Shown here: one piece after another, positions 17,347-27,054 of the stretch
Layout of the letters: the number at the start of each line of letters is the position of its first letter
Position numbering within the stretch: the first letter of the stretch is position 1
Origin: Thermoproteota archaeon
GTDB lineage: Archaea > Korarchaeota > Korarchaeia > Korarchaeales > Korarchaeaceae
Direction of reading: 5' to 3'
NCBI GenBank assembly: GCA_027491415.1
Contig: JAOZFH010000028.1
Location: forward strand, 12,465-76,464
Length of the DNA stretch: 64,000 nt
Notes under the pieces: model-generated
The model's input: only the letters and a program-made list of their open reading frames with translations
Databases searched by the model: none
Told to the model about the DNA's origin: nothing
Program-made: the position numbers and the translations under genes

Positions 17347-18114
17347 GTGGGAGACCTCAAGGAGTTCGCTCGGATCCTGGGCGCGCTTGCGAGGAGCGTG
17401 AATGAGCTGAAGCGATCCGTGTGGAGAGAGACCATACAAAACCTTGGTCTTGACAAGATCTTGATCTACGACCTCAGCGACGCCCAGCCTGAGGACACGG
17501 AGGCGATGAGGGCCGAGGTGACTCGGGCCCTAGGAGGCGGCGAGGATCTTAGTGATGCGCTGAAGAGCGCGATCAGCTCAGGACCGAGGAGGAGAATCTC
17601 GATGGGCGGTAAGAAGGTGGCCCTGCTACTCGTCTGGCCGGGCATACGGAGGGACCCGACCCTGCCCGACAGGCTCAGAGAGGAGCTGAGCCCACTCCCC
17701 CTTGGAGTAAAGACGTTCGACGCCAGCAGCTACCCACTAGCGGCCGTTCAGGAGGCGGCCGAGTACGGGCCCGACGAGGTCGTGGTGGTGGGGTTCAGAG
17801 AGGCGCGCCCTGAGGCCGCAGAGCCCGGGCGCGTGAGCAGATACCTGAGGTCGATACCCATTCCCGAGGATCGCGTGAAGGCGTCTGAGAGACTGGGTTC
17901 CATCCTTTCAGGTGAGGTTGATGTTGACGGGGTCGCCTACGCGGCGGCCCTCCTGACCGGCAGGTCAGAGGTCTGGGTCCTCGAGTGTTACATCAGCGCA
18001 GATAGCCAGGGCGATCCCGATGTGGAAGGCGGCTGGGAGGCCGATGAGACTTGCCTGAAGTCCCTCGTGAGGGAGCTGAGGAATCTCCTGAGAGAGATGG
18101 GGTTCTCATTCTAG
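17347..18114 (+). CDS. Hydrogenase accessory protein, C-terminal part resembling a degenerate maturation-protease fold
   Basis: First gene of the maturation operon. KVALLLVWPGIRRDPTLPDRLREEL...GVKTFDA...DEVVVVG...EPGRV parallels the HybD pattern but lacks its conserved motifs. Confidence 0.55.
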   Translation: MGDLKEFARILGALARSVNELKRSVWRETIQNLGLDKILIYDLSDAQPEDTEAMRAEVTRALGGGEDLSDALKSAISSGPRRRISMGGKKVALLLVWPGIRRDPTLPDRLREELSPLPLGVKTFDASSYPLAAVQEAAEYGPDEVVVVGFREARPEAAEPGRVSRYLRSIPIPEDRVKASERLGSILSGEVDVDGVAYAAALLTGRSEVWVLECYISADSQGDPDVEGGWEADETCLKSLVRELRNLLREMGFSF

Positions 18115-18653
18115 GGATAGGCAACAGGCTACTCAGAGACGACGGCCTCGGTTCCTGCTTCGCCGAGGCCCTCTCCACCCTCCCCCTCCCCGAATGGGTC
18201 CGCGCCGTCGACGGGGGCCTTGGGGGGCTATCGCTCATAGACCCCATGGAAGACGCCGAGATCCTTGTGCTCATCGACGCCCTCTCCCGGGACCACGGCC
18301 AGCCGGGAGAGGCCAGGATACTGGTGGTAAACCCGGGCGCGGTGAGTCCAGAGGAGGCCGTGAGAATGCTCGTGGAGGTGGGCAGTCACGGAGTCACCCC
18401 CGAGATTCTCCTGGCCGCCGCGTCGGCCCTCGGCGCCCTGCCGCCTAGATCCTACGTCGCCGGGGTCGTGGCCGCAGAGGTGGACGTGGGGGTGGGCCTG
18501 AGCGACGCCGTCTTAAGGGGCTGCCTGAGGCTGCTGGACTTGTTAAACGATCTCCTAGTGTCTGAAGGCTATGGGGAGCTAAACGTTCGGGAACAGGACC
18601 TCATGAGGGCGCTGACCGCCGTATGCCCGCGCGACCTGCCAAATATAATTTGA
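18051..18653 (+). CDS. Hydrogenase maturation endopeptidase (HybD/HycI family)
   Basis: LILGIGNRLLRDDGLG, VDGGLGG, LIDA and GSH. Confidence 0.92.
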   Translation: MPEVPREGAEESPERDGVLILGIGNRLLRDDGLGSCFAEALSTLPLPEWVRAVDGGLGGLSLIDPMEDAEILVLIDALSRDHGQPGEARILVVNPGAVSPEEAVRMLVEVGSHGVTPEILLAAASALGALPPRSYVAGVVAAEVDVGVGLSDAVLRGCLRLLDLLNDLLVSEGYGELNVREQDLMRALTAVCPRDLPNII

Positions 18654-18673
18654 CTAGCTAGGGAGGGCTGAGG

Positions 18674-19111
18674 ATGCACGAGTGGTCACTCGCCGAGGCC
18701 GTCGTGAACTCCCTGCTGAGCTTTGCGCGGAAGGAGGGAGTGAGCTCTTTCCGAGAGGTGGAGCTGACTTTCGGCGAGGTCATGGAACTCAACCGCGACA
18801 TATTTCGAACGGCCTTTGAGGAACTCTCCAGGGGGACGCCGCTCGAGGGAGCCCGGCTCGTCATCCGCGAGGAGCCGGCGCTGTTCAGGTGCAACTCGTG
18901 TGGTCACACCTGGGACTTTGATGAGGCGCACAAGATGCTGTCCCACGAGCTGGGAATCTTAGAAGAGCCCAGCGGGGATAGAGAGAGCCCCCTCCACTTC
19001 TTGCCCGATCTCGCGAGGGCTCTTCTCAAGTGCCCCTCCTGCGGGAGCCGAGACTTCGAGCTGGTGTCCGGCAAGAACTTGAGGGTCTCTAGGGTGGTGA
19101 TCTCGGAGTGA
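18674..19111 (+). CDS. hypA: Nickel metallochaperone HypA
   Basis: MHEWSLA, CNSC and CPSCGS. Confidence 0.95.
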   Translation: MHEWSLAEAVVNSLLSFARKEGVSSFREVELTFGEVMELNRDIFRTAFEELSRGTPLEGARLVIREEPALFRCNSCGHTWDFDEAHKMLSHELGILEEPSGDRESPLHFLPDLARALLKCPSCGSRDFELVSGKNLRVSRVVISE

Positions 19112-19911
19112 GCGGCGCCGATGTGGACCCCATGCTCCACGAAGCTAGGGCCAGGCTCTCCAGAGCCGATAAGGTGATTGCAATATCTGCTGGGAAGGGG
19201 GGCGTGGGCAAGAGCTTCATCACGGCCTCTATGGCAGCCGCCCTGGCCGAGAGGGGCAGGAGGGTTGGGGTGTTGGATCTAGATGTGCACGGTCCCACGG
19301 TGCCCAAGATCTTGGGCGCGAGGGGCGAGATCACCGCTTGGAAAGGGGGCCTGCGTCCCCTCAGGTCGGGGAACATAGAACTGATGTCCGTAGGCTTCAT
19401 GATAGGAGAGGAGCCTCTGCCAAGCGCCGGCGGGGAGAAGATGAGCCTGATATCGACCCTGGCCGCCCTGACTGACTGGGGCCATCTCGAATACCTCCTG
19501 ATCGACGTCCCCCCAGGCACGGGAGAGGAGATCACGTGGCTGCTCCGCGCACTCCGGGGACTGGAGGGTGCAGGCGTGCTCGTGGTTACCACTCCTTCCC
19601 TCCTGGCGGAGTCTGTGGTGAGGAGGCTCCTCAAGCTCCTGAGGGACGAGAGGGTCGATGTCTTGGGCATAGTTGAGAATCTATCCTACTTCAGGTGCGG
19701 AGGTAAACTCATTAGGCCCTTCGGAGAGGGGGCGGCAGAGAGGCTGTCGAGGGAGTTCGCCGTTCCGGTCTTGGCGAGGCTGCCAATCGATCCCTCAATA
19801 GAAGAGGCTATCTTGTCCGGGAATTTCTACCGATCCCTATCTGAGGAGGTGAGGTCTGCAATATCGGGACTCGTCGAGTCCGTGGAGACCCTGAACCCTG
19901 CCGGGAGGTGA
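19108..19911 (+). CDS. Mrp/NBP35/MinD-family P-loop ATPase, probable ATPase-type HypB
   Basis: AGKGGVGKS, DLDVHGP, IDVPPGTG and GIVENLS; lies between hypA and hypC. Confidence 0.85.
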   Translation: MSGADVDPMLHEARARLSRADKVIAISAGKGGVGKSFITASMAAALAERGRRVGVLDLDVHGPTVPKILGARGEITAWKGGLRPLRSGNIELMSVGFMIGEEPLPSAGGEKMSLISTLAALTDWGHLEYLLIDVPPGTGEEITWLLRALRGLEGAGVLVVTTPSLLAESVVRRLLKLLRDERVDVLGIVENLSYFRCGGKLIRPFGEGAAERLSREFAVPVLARLPIDPSIEEAILSGNFYRSLSEEVRSAISGLVESVETLNPAGR

Positions 19912-19916
19912 TCGCG

Positions 19917-20162
19917 ATGTGCCTTGGAATACCGGGGATCGTGGTGGAGGTTAAGGGGAGGATGGCCGTGGTCGACTTCGGGGGCGTCAGGAGGGAGGTC
20001 GACGCTACCCTTGAGAGGGTTTCGCCGGGAGACCACGTCATCGTGCACGCCGGGATGATAATCTCAAAGCTCAGTCCCAAGGAAGCGGAAGAGACCATCA
20101 GAGTGTGGAGGGAACTCATAGAGGCCATATCGTCCGGGGAGGAATTGGGAAGTGCGAGATGA
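19917..20162 (+). CDS. hypC: Hydrogenase chaperone HypC
   Basis: MCLGIPG...GDHVIVHAG; GGAGGTGA Shine-Dalgarno before ATG at 19917. Confidence 0.95.
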   Translation: MCLGIPGIVVEVKGRMAVVDFGGVRREVDATLERVSPGDHVIVHAGMIISKLSPKEAEETIRVWRELIEAISSGEELGSAR

Positions 20163-21192
20163 AGCCGTTCGCCTTGCCCACGGATCCGGCGGCAGAGAGA
20201 CCTTCAGCCTGATCCGAGAGCTGATAGTCTCCATGCTAGAGGAGGACATGAAGAGAGTCGAAGGAGGAGTTGGCACGGACGAGCTGGACGACGGGGCGTC
20301 CATCCCGCTGCCGGACGGGAGACACCTGGTCTTCACGGCGGACTCCTACACGGTCAAGCCCCCTTTCTTCCCGGGTGGGAACATAGGGGAACTTGCGGCG
20401 GCCGGAACGATCAACGACCTGCTGATGATGGGGGCCAAGCCGGTCGCGATGCTCGATGCGATGGTCGTGGAGGAGGGCTTCCCCATGGACGACCTCAGGA
20501 GGATCGTAAGCTCGCTGGTATCCACCCTCAGGGATGAGGGCGTGAAGCTGATCGGAGGTGACTTCAAGGTTATGCCTCGAGGGAACGTCGATGGCATCGT
20601 CATAACCACGGCCGGCGTGGGCGTGGCCGAGAGGCTGATCGTCGACTCCCGGATTAAGCCGGGAGACAAGCTAATCATCACAGGAAGCGTCGGCGAGCAC
20701 GGCGCGGCGATACTGGCCGCACAGCGGGGGGTCGACGTGGAGTCTCAGGGGCTCTCCAGCGACTCAAAGCCGCTCACCAGCCTGATGCTTCCCCTCCTGC
20801 GGGAGTACGGTGATCGCATTCGGGCCGCCCAGGATCCAACCAGGGGGGGCATCTCTCAGTCCTTGAACGAGTGGGCCTCTAAGACGGGGCTGGTATTGGT
20901 TGTGGATGAGTCACGGATCCCGGTGAGGGAGGAGGTCCGAGCCTACACAGAGCTCTTGGGTGTCGATCCGCTGTCGCTTGCGTGCGAGGGAAGAGCCCTG
21001 CTTGCGGTCGATCCAGGGTCGGCAGACGAGATTCTGGAGTTCATCCGGGGGCGCGGAGAGCGGGACGCCCAGATAATAGGTGAAGCGCGGGCTTCCGAGA
21101 GGTACGGCGGTCTGGTGCTGATCAAGACCGTGGCGGGCGGCCTCAGGATACTAGAACCGCCCTCGGGCGTTCCGGTCCCTCGTATCTGCTGA
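20152..21192 (+). CDS. hypE: Hydrogenase maturation protein HypE
   Basis: AHGSGG, DPTRGG and C-terminal PRIC. Confidence 0.97.
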   Translation: MRDEAVRLAHGSGGRETFSLIRELIVSMLEEDMKRVEGGVGTDELDDGASIPLPDGRHLVFTADSYTVKPPFFPGGNIGELAAAGTINDLLMMGAKPVAMLDAMVVEEGFPMDDLRRIVSSLVSTLRDEGVKLIGGDFKVMPRGNVDGIVITTAGVGVAERLIVDSRIKPGDKLIITGSVGEHGAAILAAQRGVDVESQGLSSDSKPLTSLMLPLLREYGDRIRAAQDPTRGGISQSLNEWASKTGLVLVVDESRIPVREEVRAYTELLGVDPLSLACEGRALLAVDPGSADEILEFIRGRGERDAQIIGEARASERYGGLVLIKTVAGGLRILEPPSGVPVPRIC

Positions 21193-21196
21193 GAGG

Positions 21197-22024
21197 GTGA
21201 TCGATCCCCTTATTTTTCCTGACTGGAGTGGCTCGCCCGTGCCACCGTTGTGCTGCACTGGAAGCGTCGGGATACTCTGCTGGTCTGGGGGCGAGCTCTC
21301 TGAGGTCGAGGACGTCGTCGTAGAAGAAGCCACCGTCGAGATCTACCTCAACGGTGAGTTCCTCGTGAGGCTGCAGGCTCTTCCGAGCGACCTCAGCGAG
21401 TTGGGAGTCGGATACGTAGTCTCCGAGGGCCTCTCGACCCCAGAGGGCGTGAGGGCCTGGGGGGCCCGTGGTACTAGGGTGGAGATCCAGGCCGAGGCTC
21501 GACCCCCTGCCAGGAGGACCCTAACGCTGACCACCTCGTGCGGCGGCGGAGTGGCCTCCGTGGCCCTCCCAGAGGGAATCAGGCCCCTGGATCCTTCCGA
21601 GGGCCCGACCATATCCCCTGACGCGGTAGAGAGGGTCTCTCAGACCATAATGAGGGGGACCGAGCTTCACAGGAGAACTGGCGCCACGCACGTGGCCGGC
21701 GCCTTCGACTCTTTCGGAGAGCCTCTATTCGTATACGAGGACGTTGGGAGGCACAATGCGGTGGACAAGGTCATTGGAAGGGCCGTAATGACTCACACAT
21801 CCACCAAGGACATAGTCCTTGCGGTGTCGGGTCGACTCACCCTGGAGATGACGCTGAAGGCCCTCAGGTCCGGGGTCAGGGTGCTGGTGTCAAAGTCGGC
21901 GCCGACTTTGGCGGCCGTTGAGGTGGCCAGGAGATCCAACCTGACTCTCATAGGCTTCGCAAGGGGGCCCAGGTTCAATGTCTACAGCGCGCCGGAGAGG
22001 CTGTCTCTCATCCCTCCTGCCTGA
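21197..22024 (+). CDS. fdhD: Formate dehydrogenase sulfurtransferase FdhD
   Basis: TSCG, TGATH, EDVGRHNAVDKVIG, SGR, SAPT and GFARG. Confidence 0.93.
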   Translation: MIDPLIFPDWSGSPVPPLCCTGSVGILCWSGGELSEVEDVVVEEATVEIYLNGEFLVRLQALPSDLSELGVGYVVSEGLSTPEGVRAWGARGTRVEIQAEARPPARRTLTLTTSCGGGVASVALPEGIRPLDPSEGPTISPDAVERVSQTIMRGTELHRRTGATHVAGAFDSFGEPLFVYEDVGRHNAVDKVIGRAVMTHTSTKDIVLAVSGRLTLEMTLKALRSGVRVLVSKSAPTLAAVEVARRSNLTLIGFARGPRFNVYSAPERLSLIPPA

Positions 22025-22339
22025 CATCGAACTTATCTCTCTTCTTGGCCCCCTTCTTTCTGCACTTGGAGGTCTCTGGGTAGAGCATCTCCTCCAGAGC
22101 GAAGTAATCCTCGGGCACCTCCTCAACGAAGTTCTCTCCAGAGCTCATTGGATGGACACCACCCATCTTGGGGGTCGACCGTCCCGCAATTAAATGATCC
22201 ACCAACTCCAGATCTCTCTCCTCCCGTTTCTGGCAGAGCAGACCTGTGCTGCCGACGGCCGTTGCCGAGACCGAGATGCCGCGGCCCAACCACGCGATGA
22301 GCCCCGCCTCCGGTACCGGCGTGGCCATCTAAGCACCCT

Positions 22340-22570
22340 GTTACCCCATCTCTTTGCATAAATTTTCTTTACATTTATCGGAGCTGAATATTTGAGATAA
22401 TTATTCAAATGTGATATGTCACACGTTATTTCTATTGTTTAGATTCAGAAGCTAATCCAAAACAATAATTATTTACAGTAAAGATTGAAATGACAATTGC
22501 TATTTCCACAAAGCTGAAATTATCAGCGTTATCCTGAACAGGAATATCGACGATTTATTAGCTTTGATAC
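22340..22570. promoter_or_regulatory. AT-rich promoter region of the fdn operon with several palindromes
   Basis: TTGAGATAATTATTCAA (22392-22408), TGTGA-N4-TCACA (22410-22423) and GCTGA-N5-TCAGC (22513-22527). Confidence 0.55.
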
Positions 22571-22612
22571 GATTGCAGGCCCCACACCCTGCCGACGGGG
22601 GGGTGAATCCGT

Positions 22613-25600
22613 TTGGAGGAACACGCGATCCGTAGGAGGGACTTTCTGAAGCTAGTAGGCCTCGGCACGGTGCCTCTACTTCTCAGCGATTCTGCGCGGA
22701 AGGTACTGGCCCTAGACCAGCCGAAGAGGTATGGGCTCGGCGAGGTAGGCCACAAAGACATAGAGGCGGCCCGCGAGGTCAGAGGGGTCTGCGCCTACTG
22801 TGCCGTGGGCTGCGGCATAATCTTCTATAGGGTGGGAGACAGGGTCATACACGTCGAAGGCGATCCAGACAACCCGATAAATGAGGGCAAGCTCTGTCCG
22901 AAGGGACAGGCCTCCATAGAGCTGTTCGGAGACCACAACCCGCGCAGGCTCAGGACGCCTATGATCAGGGTGAACCCGAAGCCGCCTCTAGAGGAGATCA
23001 AGAAGGTCAGGAGCCAGGAGGAACTCAGGGCAGTCCTGGAGAAGTACAAGCCGATCTGGAAGCCCGTGACCTGGGAGGATGCCTTTGAATACATCTCCAG
23101 ACGCATCAAGGAGATACTGGACGAGGTCGGCTGGGACCCCAGGCAGTCCGACGGCTACTACTACTTCGGCAAGAAGTTCCCAGTCATGATCGAGGCCGGG
23201 GCTAAGCTGACCAACGAGGAGGCCTACATCATCAAGAAGATGGCCGCGCTCATGGGATCTCACAACATTGACCACGACGCCAGGAGGTGCCACTCCACCA
23301 CCGTCGCTGGCCTGGCGGGTACCGTCGGCTTCGGCGCCCAGACCCAGACATTCATAGACACCCAGTTCATCTCCGCGTACCTGATCTTCGGCGGCAACCC
23401 AGCCGAGGCTCACCCGGTGAGCATGAGGCATACCCTGAGAGGCAAGGAGAAGGGCACGCTCAAGCTGATAGTGGTCGACCCAAGGTATAACAGGACGGCA
23501 AGCCAGGCGGACATTTTCGCGTTCTTCAGGCCGGGAAGCGACTTGGCGTTCCTGCTCTACATCCTGCACTACGCGTTCTGGGAGCGGAACCCGCCTGTGG
23601 ATCAGCTCGACACCTTCAAGGAGTACGCCCAGAGGTTCAACGTCGACCTCGACGAGATCAACGAGTTCAAGGAGATCGCCAAGGAGTACACGGCCGAGGA
23701 GGTATCTCGGATCACCGGAATACCGGTGGAGAAGCTTAGGCTGATAGCCCAGACCTTTGTGGAGAACTCGGGAGTGACGACGGGTTTCAAGAAGTTCGCG
23801 TCTATCCAGTGGGCCATGGGGATGACCCAGCACCACATAGGGACCCAGATAACCAGGCTGAGCACCCTGGTGCAGCTCACCTTGGGCAACATGGGCTTCC
23901 CGGGCGGGGGCCTGAACCCCTACAGGGGTCACAGCAACGTGCAGGGGACCACGGACATGTGCATACTTTCTCACATCCTGCCGGGCTACATCAAGCAGCC
24001 ATCTAGCACCCTGCAGATCAGGGTCTACCAGGACTGGAAGAACCAGGGGTTCCCGGACGCCTGGAACTGGGAGATCCCCGAGTGGGCTGGCTCAGCGTTC
24101 GGCCCCAACGAGAAGGGCAAGGTCAACTCCACCAAGGTGCTCTGGAGCTGGTGGTTCCACAACTGGAGGAAGTTCGAGCTGACCTGGGGCATCTTCGTCG
24201 GCACCGACCCAGAGAGCGACCCGCAGAACGGCACCGTGATAAGCGACATCCCGTTCGGCGCCGGCTACACCGAGAACACGTGGTGGCAGGGCGCCCTGTT
24301 CGACGACGTGATCAAGGCCGCCATAATCATGGCCGAGAACCCCGCCGTCAGTAACGCGGACACCCTGACCGAGTACATGGCCCTGGCCTCCCTGAAGCTG
24401 CTCGTCGTGGTGGATCTCTGGGAGACTGAGACCGCCACGTTCGCCGACGTCCTCCTGCCGGGCGCCGTGCAGTACGAGAAGTACGGCAGCATAACCAACA
24501 GCAACAGGTGGCTCCAGTGGCAGGACCGCGTCGTCCCGCCGCCGGGCGACGCGAAGCCCGACCTTTGGATAATGCTCAAGCTGTGGGAGTATTTCAGGAA
24601 GAACGGCATCGTCAGACTGCCCAGCGAGGTCTACGGCAAGAGCAGGGAGAACGTGCTGATCAAGAACCCGAAGAAGGGTGAGTTCGTCAAGCTCTACGAG
24701 AGGCGCGTGAGGGTCTTCATGGACTACGCCTCCGGGAGGTACCCCGACCCAGACTACGCCGAAGCTGACCCCGAGCTGGTCTACCGGGAGATCGACATCG
24801 CGGTCGACCTCTACAACGGCATGTACGACTGGGTCAGGCACAAGATCCTCGCCAAGAGGAGGATACCGATCCTCAGGTCTGAGGACCAGATAGACGGCAT
24901 CCTCGACCGGACCTACCTCATGCACAAGGACTGGGGCTGGTCCTGGCCCAAGAACGTCAGGATCCTGTACAACCTCTGGACCCTGTCCAAGACCCTCGAG
25001 AGGACTGTGACCTACAGGTTCCCGGCCGGGAGATATGCGGTCGGGCCCGAGCTCGACGGCCAGACAGTCACCATCACCGGAGAGACGGGCGAGATAAGGG
25101 ACTCTAAGACCGGCGATTGGAGGCCTGCCTTCATCCCGGGCCACAACTTCGTCATCGGCAAGTTCTACAAGAGGGCCTGGAGCGGGAAGACCGACGTCTT
25201 CACCGGGGCCGTCGACCCGTGGAGGCTCCTCTACGACGAGGAGGTCGTTGGGAAGTTCGTGATCTTTGACGAGAACGGAGACTACAGGATAGTGGGCCTC
25301 GAGGAGATGGGAGTCAGGTACCCGATCGCCGAGAGCTTCTACTACGACCCGGAGGTCGTCTTCACCGGCAAGGCCAGCTACAAGAAGCCGTTCTTCAAGG
25401 GCACCAAGGACCTCGGCGACGGCAGGGTCGTTAAGTACGTAGGCTACTACGAGTGGAGGCAGGTCAAGGACGCCTTTAGCCAGGAGCTAGCCCAGCTGGC
25501 GCAGAGCAAGGGCCTCAAGGAGGCGATCATCGAGCTGAAGGGCAAGTACGGCGAGTGGTACGCCTACCCGAGCCCGAGCAACCCAAGCGAGATCTGGGCC

Positions 25601-26254
25601 TGGGACATGAGGTACCCGATTCACTACGAGCCCGCGGAGACGATCTGCAAGGAGCTCGCCTACAAGTACCCGGCGATGGCCTGGAGGAGGGCGGAGAACT
25701 TCAATCTGATCAGCCCGCCCAAGGAGGACTTCAGGGACCTGGCGGACACCGTCAACCTGACCCCCGAGGAGATGAGGGCCCCTGAGGGCGCCGAGGTGGT
25801 CGTGGCCACGACCAACAGGATGGTCGAGCACTTCCATACCGGCCAGCTCACCAGGAACCTCAAGCTGCTGGCAGAGCTCGTGCCTGAGCCGTTCGTGGAG
25901 ATCCCGAAGCCGCTGGCCGACAGGCTTGGCATCAAGCCCGGGGACATCGTGGAGGTGGGCAACAACAGGAACAGGATCTACCTGAGGGCCATGGTCACTA
26001 ACAGGGTGCCCAAGCTCAAGATAGGCCCCCAGGAGAAGGAGTACTTCGTCGTCAACATGCCCTGGCACTGGGGATGGGCCGGCGCCCACAGGACGTACGG
26101 AGTCGTGAACACGGTCTCAGGGATCTACATGGACACCGTGACGACCATGCAGGAGACCAAGACCTTCCTCGTGTACATCAAGAAGGCTTCTCCGGACAAG
26201 TACGACTACGAGCCGGGCGAGCAGAACACGCCCGAGGTGCAGCTTGGGAGGTGA
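22613..26254 (+). CDS. fdnG: Formate dehydrogenase catalytic Mo/W-bisPGD subunit, Tat-exported, Cys-type
   Basis: RRRDFLK Tat signal, CAYCAVGC...LCPKG, active-site RRCHST, RGHSNVQG and a C-terminal domain with TNRMVEHFHTG. Confidence 0.93.
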   Translation: MEEHAIRRRDFLKLVGLGTVPLLLSDSARKVLALDQPKRYGLGEVGHKDIEAAREVRGVCAYCAVGCGIIFYRVGDRVIHVEGDPDNPINEGKLCPKGQASIELFGDHNPRRLRTPMIRVNPKPPLEEIKKVRSQEELRAVLEKYKPIWKPVTWEDAFEYISRRIKEILDEVGWDPRQSDGYYYFGKKFPVMIEAGAKLTNEEAYIIKKMAALMGSHNIDHDARRCHSTTVAGLAGTVGFGAQTQTFIDTQFISAYLIFGGNPAEAHPVSMRHTLRGKEKGTLKLIVVDPRYNRTASQADIFAFFRPGSDLAFLLYILHYAFWERNPPVDQLDTFKEYAQRFNVDLDEINEFKEIAKEYTAEEVSRITGIPVEKLRLIAQTFVENSGVTTGFKKFASIQWAMGMTQHHIGTQITRLSTLVQLTLGNMGFPGGGLNPYRGHSNVQGTTDMCILSHILPGYIKQPSSTLQIRVYQDWKNQGFPDAWNWEIPEWAGSAFGPNEKGKVNSTKVLWSWWFHNWRKFELTWGIFVGTDPESDPQNGTVISDIPFGAGYTENTWWQGALFDDVIKAAIIMAENPAVSNADTLTEYMALASLKLLVVVDLWETETATFADVLLPGAVQYEKYGSITNSNRWLQWQDRVVPPPGDAKPDLWIMLKLWEYFRKNGIVRLPSEVYGKSRENVLIKNPKKGEFVKLYERRVRVFMDYASGRYPDPDYAEADPELVYREIDIAVDLYNGMYDWVRHKILAKRRIPILRSEDQIDGILDRTYLMHKDWGWSWPKNVRILYNLWTLSKTLERTVTYRFPAGRYAVGPELDGQTVTITGETGEIRDSKTGDWRPAFIPGHNFVIGKFYKRAWSGKTDVFTGAVDPWRLLYDEEVVGKFVIFDENGDYRIVGLEEMGVRYPIAESFYYDPEVVFTGKASYKKPFFKGTKDLGDGRVVKYVGYYEWRQVKDAFSQELAQLAQSKGLKEAIIELKGKYGEWYAYPSPSNPSEIWAWDMRYPIHYEPAETICKELAYKYPAMAWRRAENFNLISPPKEDFRDLADTVNLTPEEMRAPEGAEVVVATTNRMVEHFHTGQLTRNLKLLAELVPEPFVEIPKPLADRLGIKPGDIVEVGNNRNRIYLRAMVTNRVPKLKIGPQEKEYFVVNMPWHWGWAGAHRTYGVVNTVSGIYMDTVTTMQETKTFLVYIKKASPDKYDYEPGEQNTPEVQLGR

Positions 26255-26259
26255 TCTAG

Positions 26260-27054
26260 ATGGCGGCTGGAGAAAAGGCCATTCTGTTCACCCCCGACAG
26301 CTGCATAGGCTGCCGGGCCTGCCAGGTCGCGTGCCACGTGTGGAACAACACCCGGCCCGAGGTCACCGACTTCAGTCCGACTCTCACCAACCCGCCGGAC
26401 CTCCTGCCCAACGCCTGGATGATACTGAAGTACAAGGAGGTCGGCGAGGGTGACAGCTTCGACTGGCTCTTCTTCAAGAGGCAGTGCATGCACTGCAGCA
26501 ACGCCCCGTGCGCCGAGGCCTGCCCGGCCGGCGCCATAGAGGTGCACCCCGAGGGCGCCGTAGTGATCAGGCAGGACAAGTGCATCGGGTGCAGGTACTG
26601 CGTCGAGGCCTGCCCGTACGACGTCCCGAGGTACGATCCGATCACCAACAAGGTGTACAAGTGCACCATGTGCATCGACAGGCTCCAGAACGGACTCGAG
26701 CCCGCGTGCGTCTCTGCCTGCCCGACGGATGCCCTGGTGTTCGGAGACTACGAAGAACTCGTCTCCAAGTACAGGGCAGCCGGGTACGAGGTCTACGGAG
26801 ACTCCGTCAACGACTACGTCGGCAGGACTCACTACGTCTACGCCACCAAGAGGTGGTCCGGCAAGCTGACCGACCCTAGCTACTTCGGCGACCACCTGTC
26901 AAAGGACCCGAGGAAGACAATAGTCTCCTTCACGAAGAGCGTGGTGAAGCCCATCGGCTGGACGCTGACCGGCCTCACCGTGATAGGGCTGCTGGGACAC
27001 CTGGCGCTTTGGCGCTCTAAGCGGATGGAGGAGGTGAAGAAGGGAGGTGAGTGA
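26260..27054 (+). CDS. fdnH: Formate dehydrogenase Fe-S subunit
   Basis: Four Cys clusters (CIGCRACQVAC, CMHC..PC..ACP, CIGCRYCVEACP, CTMC..PACVSACP) and a C-terminal TM helix. Confidence 0.92.
   Translation: MAAGEKAILFTPDSCIGCRACQVACHVWNNTRPEVTDFSPTLTNPPDLLPNAWMILKYKEVGEGDSFDWLFFKRQCMHCSNAPCAEACPAGAIEVHPEGAVVIRQDKCIGCRYCVEACPYDVPRYDPITNKVYKCTMCIDRLQNGLEPACVSACPTDALVFGDYEELVSKYRAAGYEVYGDSVNDYVGRTHYVYATKRWSGKLTDPSYFGDHLSKDPRKTIVSFTKSVVKPIGWTLTGLTVIGLLGHLALWRSKRMEEVKKGGE

Noticed and set aside
18051-18114. Frameshift fusion between the accessory gene and the maturation protease
   Set aside because: A TTG start with upstream GGAGG explains the protease as a separate overlapping gene; no slippery site was seen.
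23280-23300. Possible selenocysteine in formate dehydrogenase
   Set aside because: The ligand codon is TGC (RRCHST) and the ORF has no in-frame TGA.
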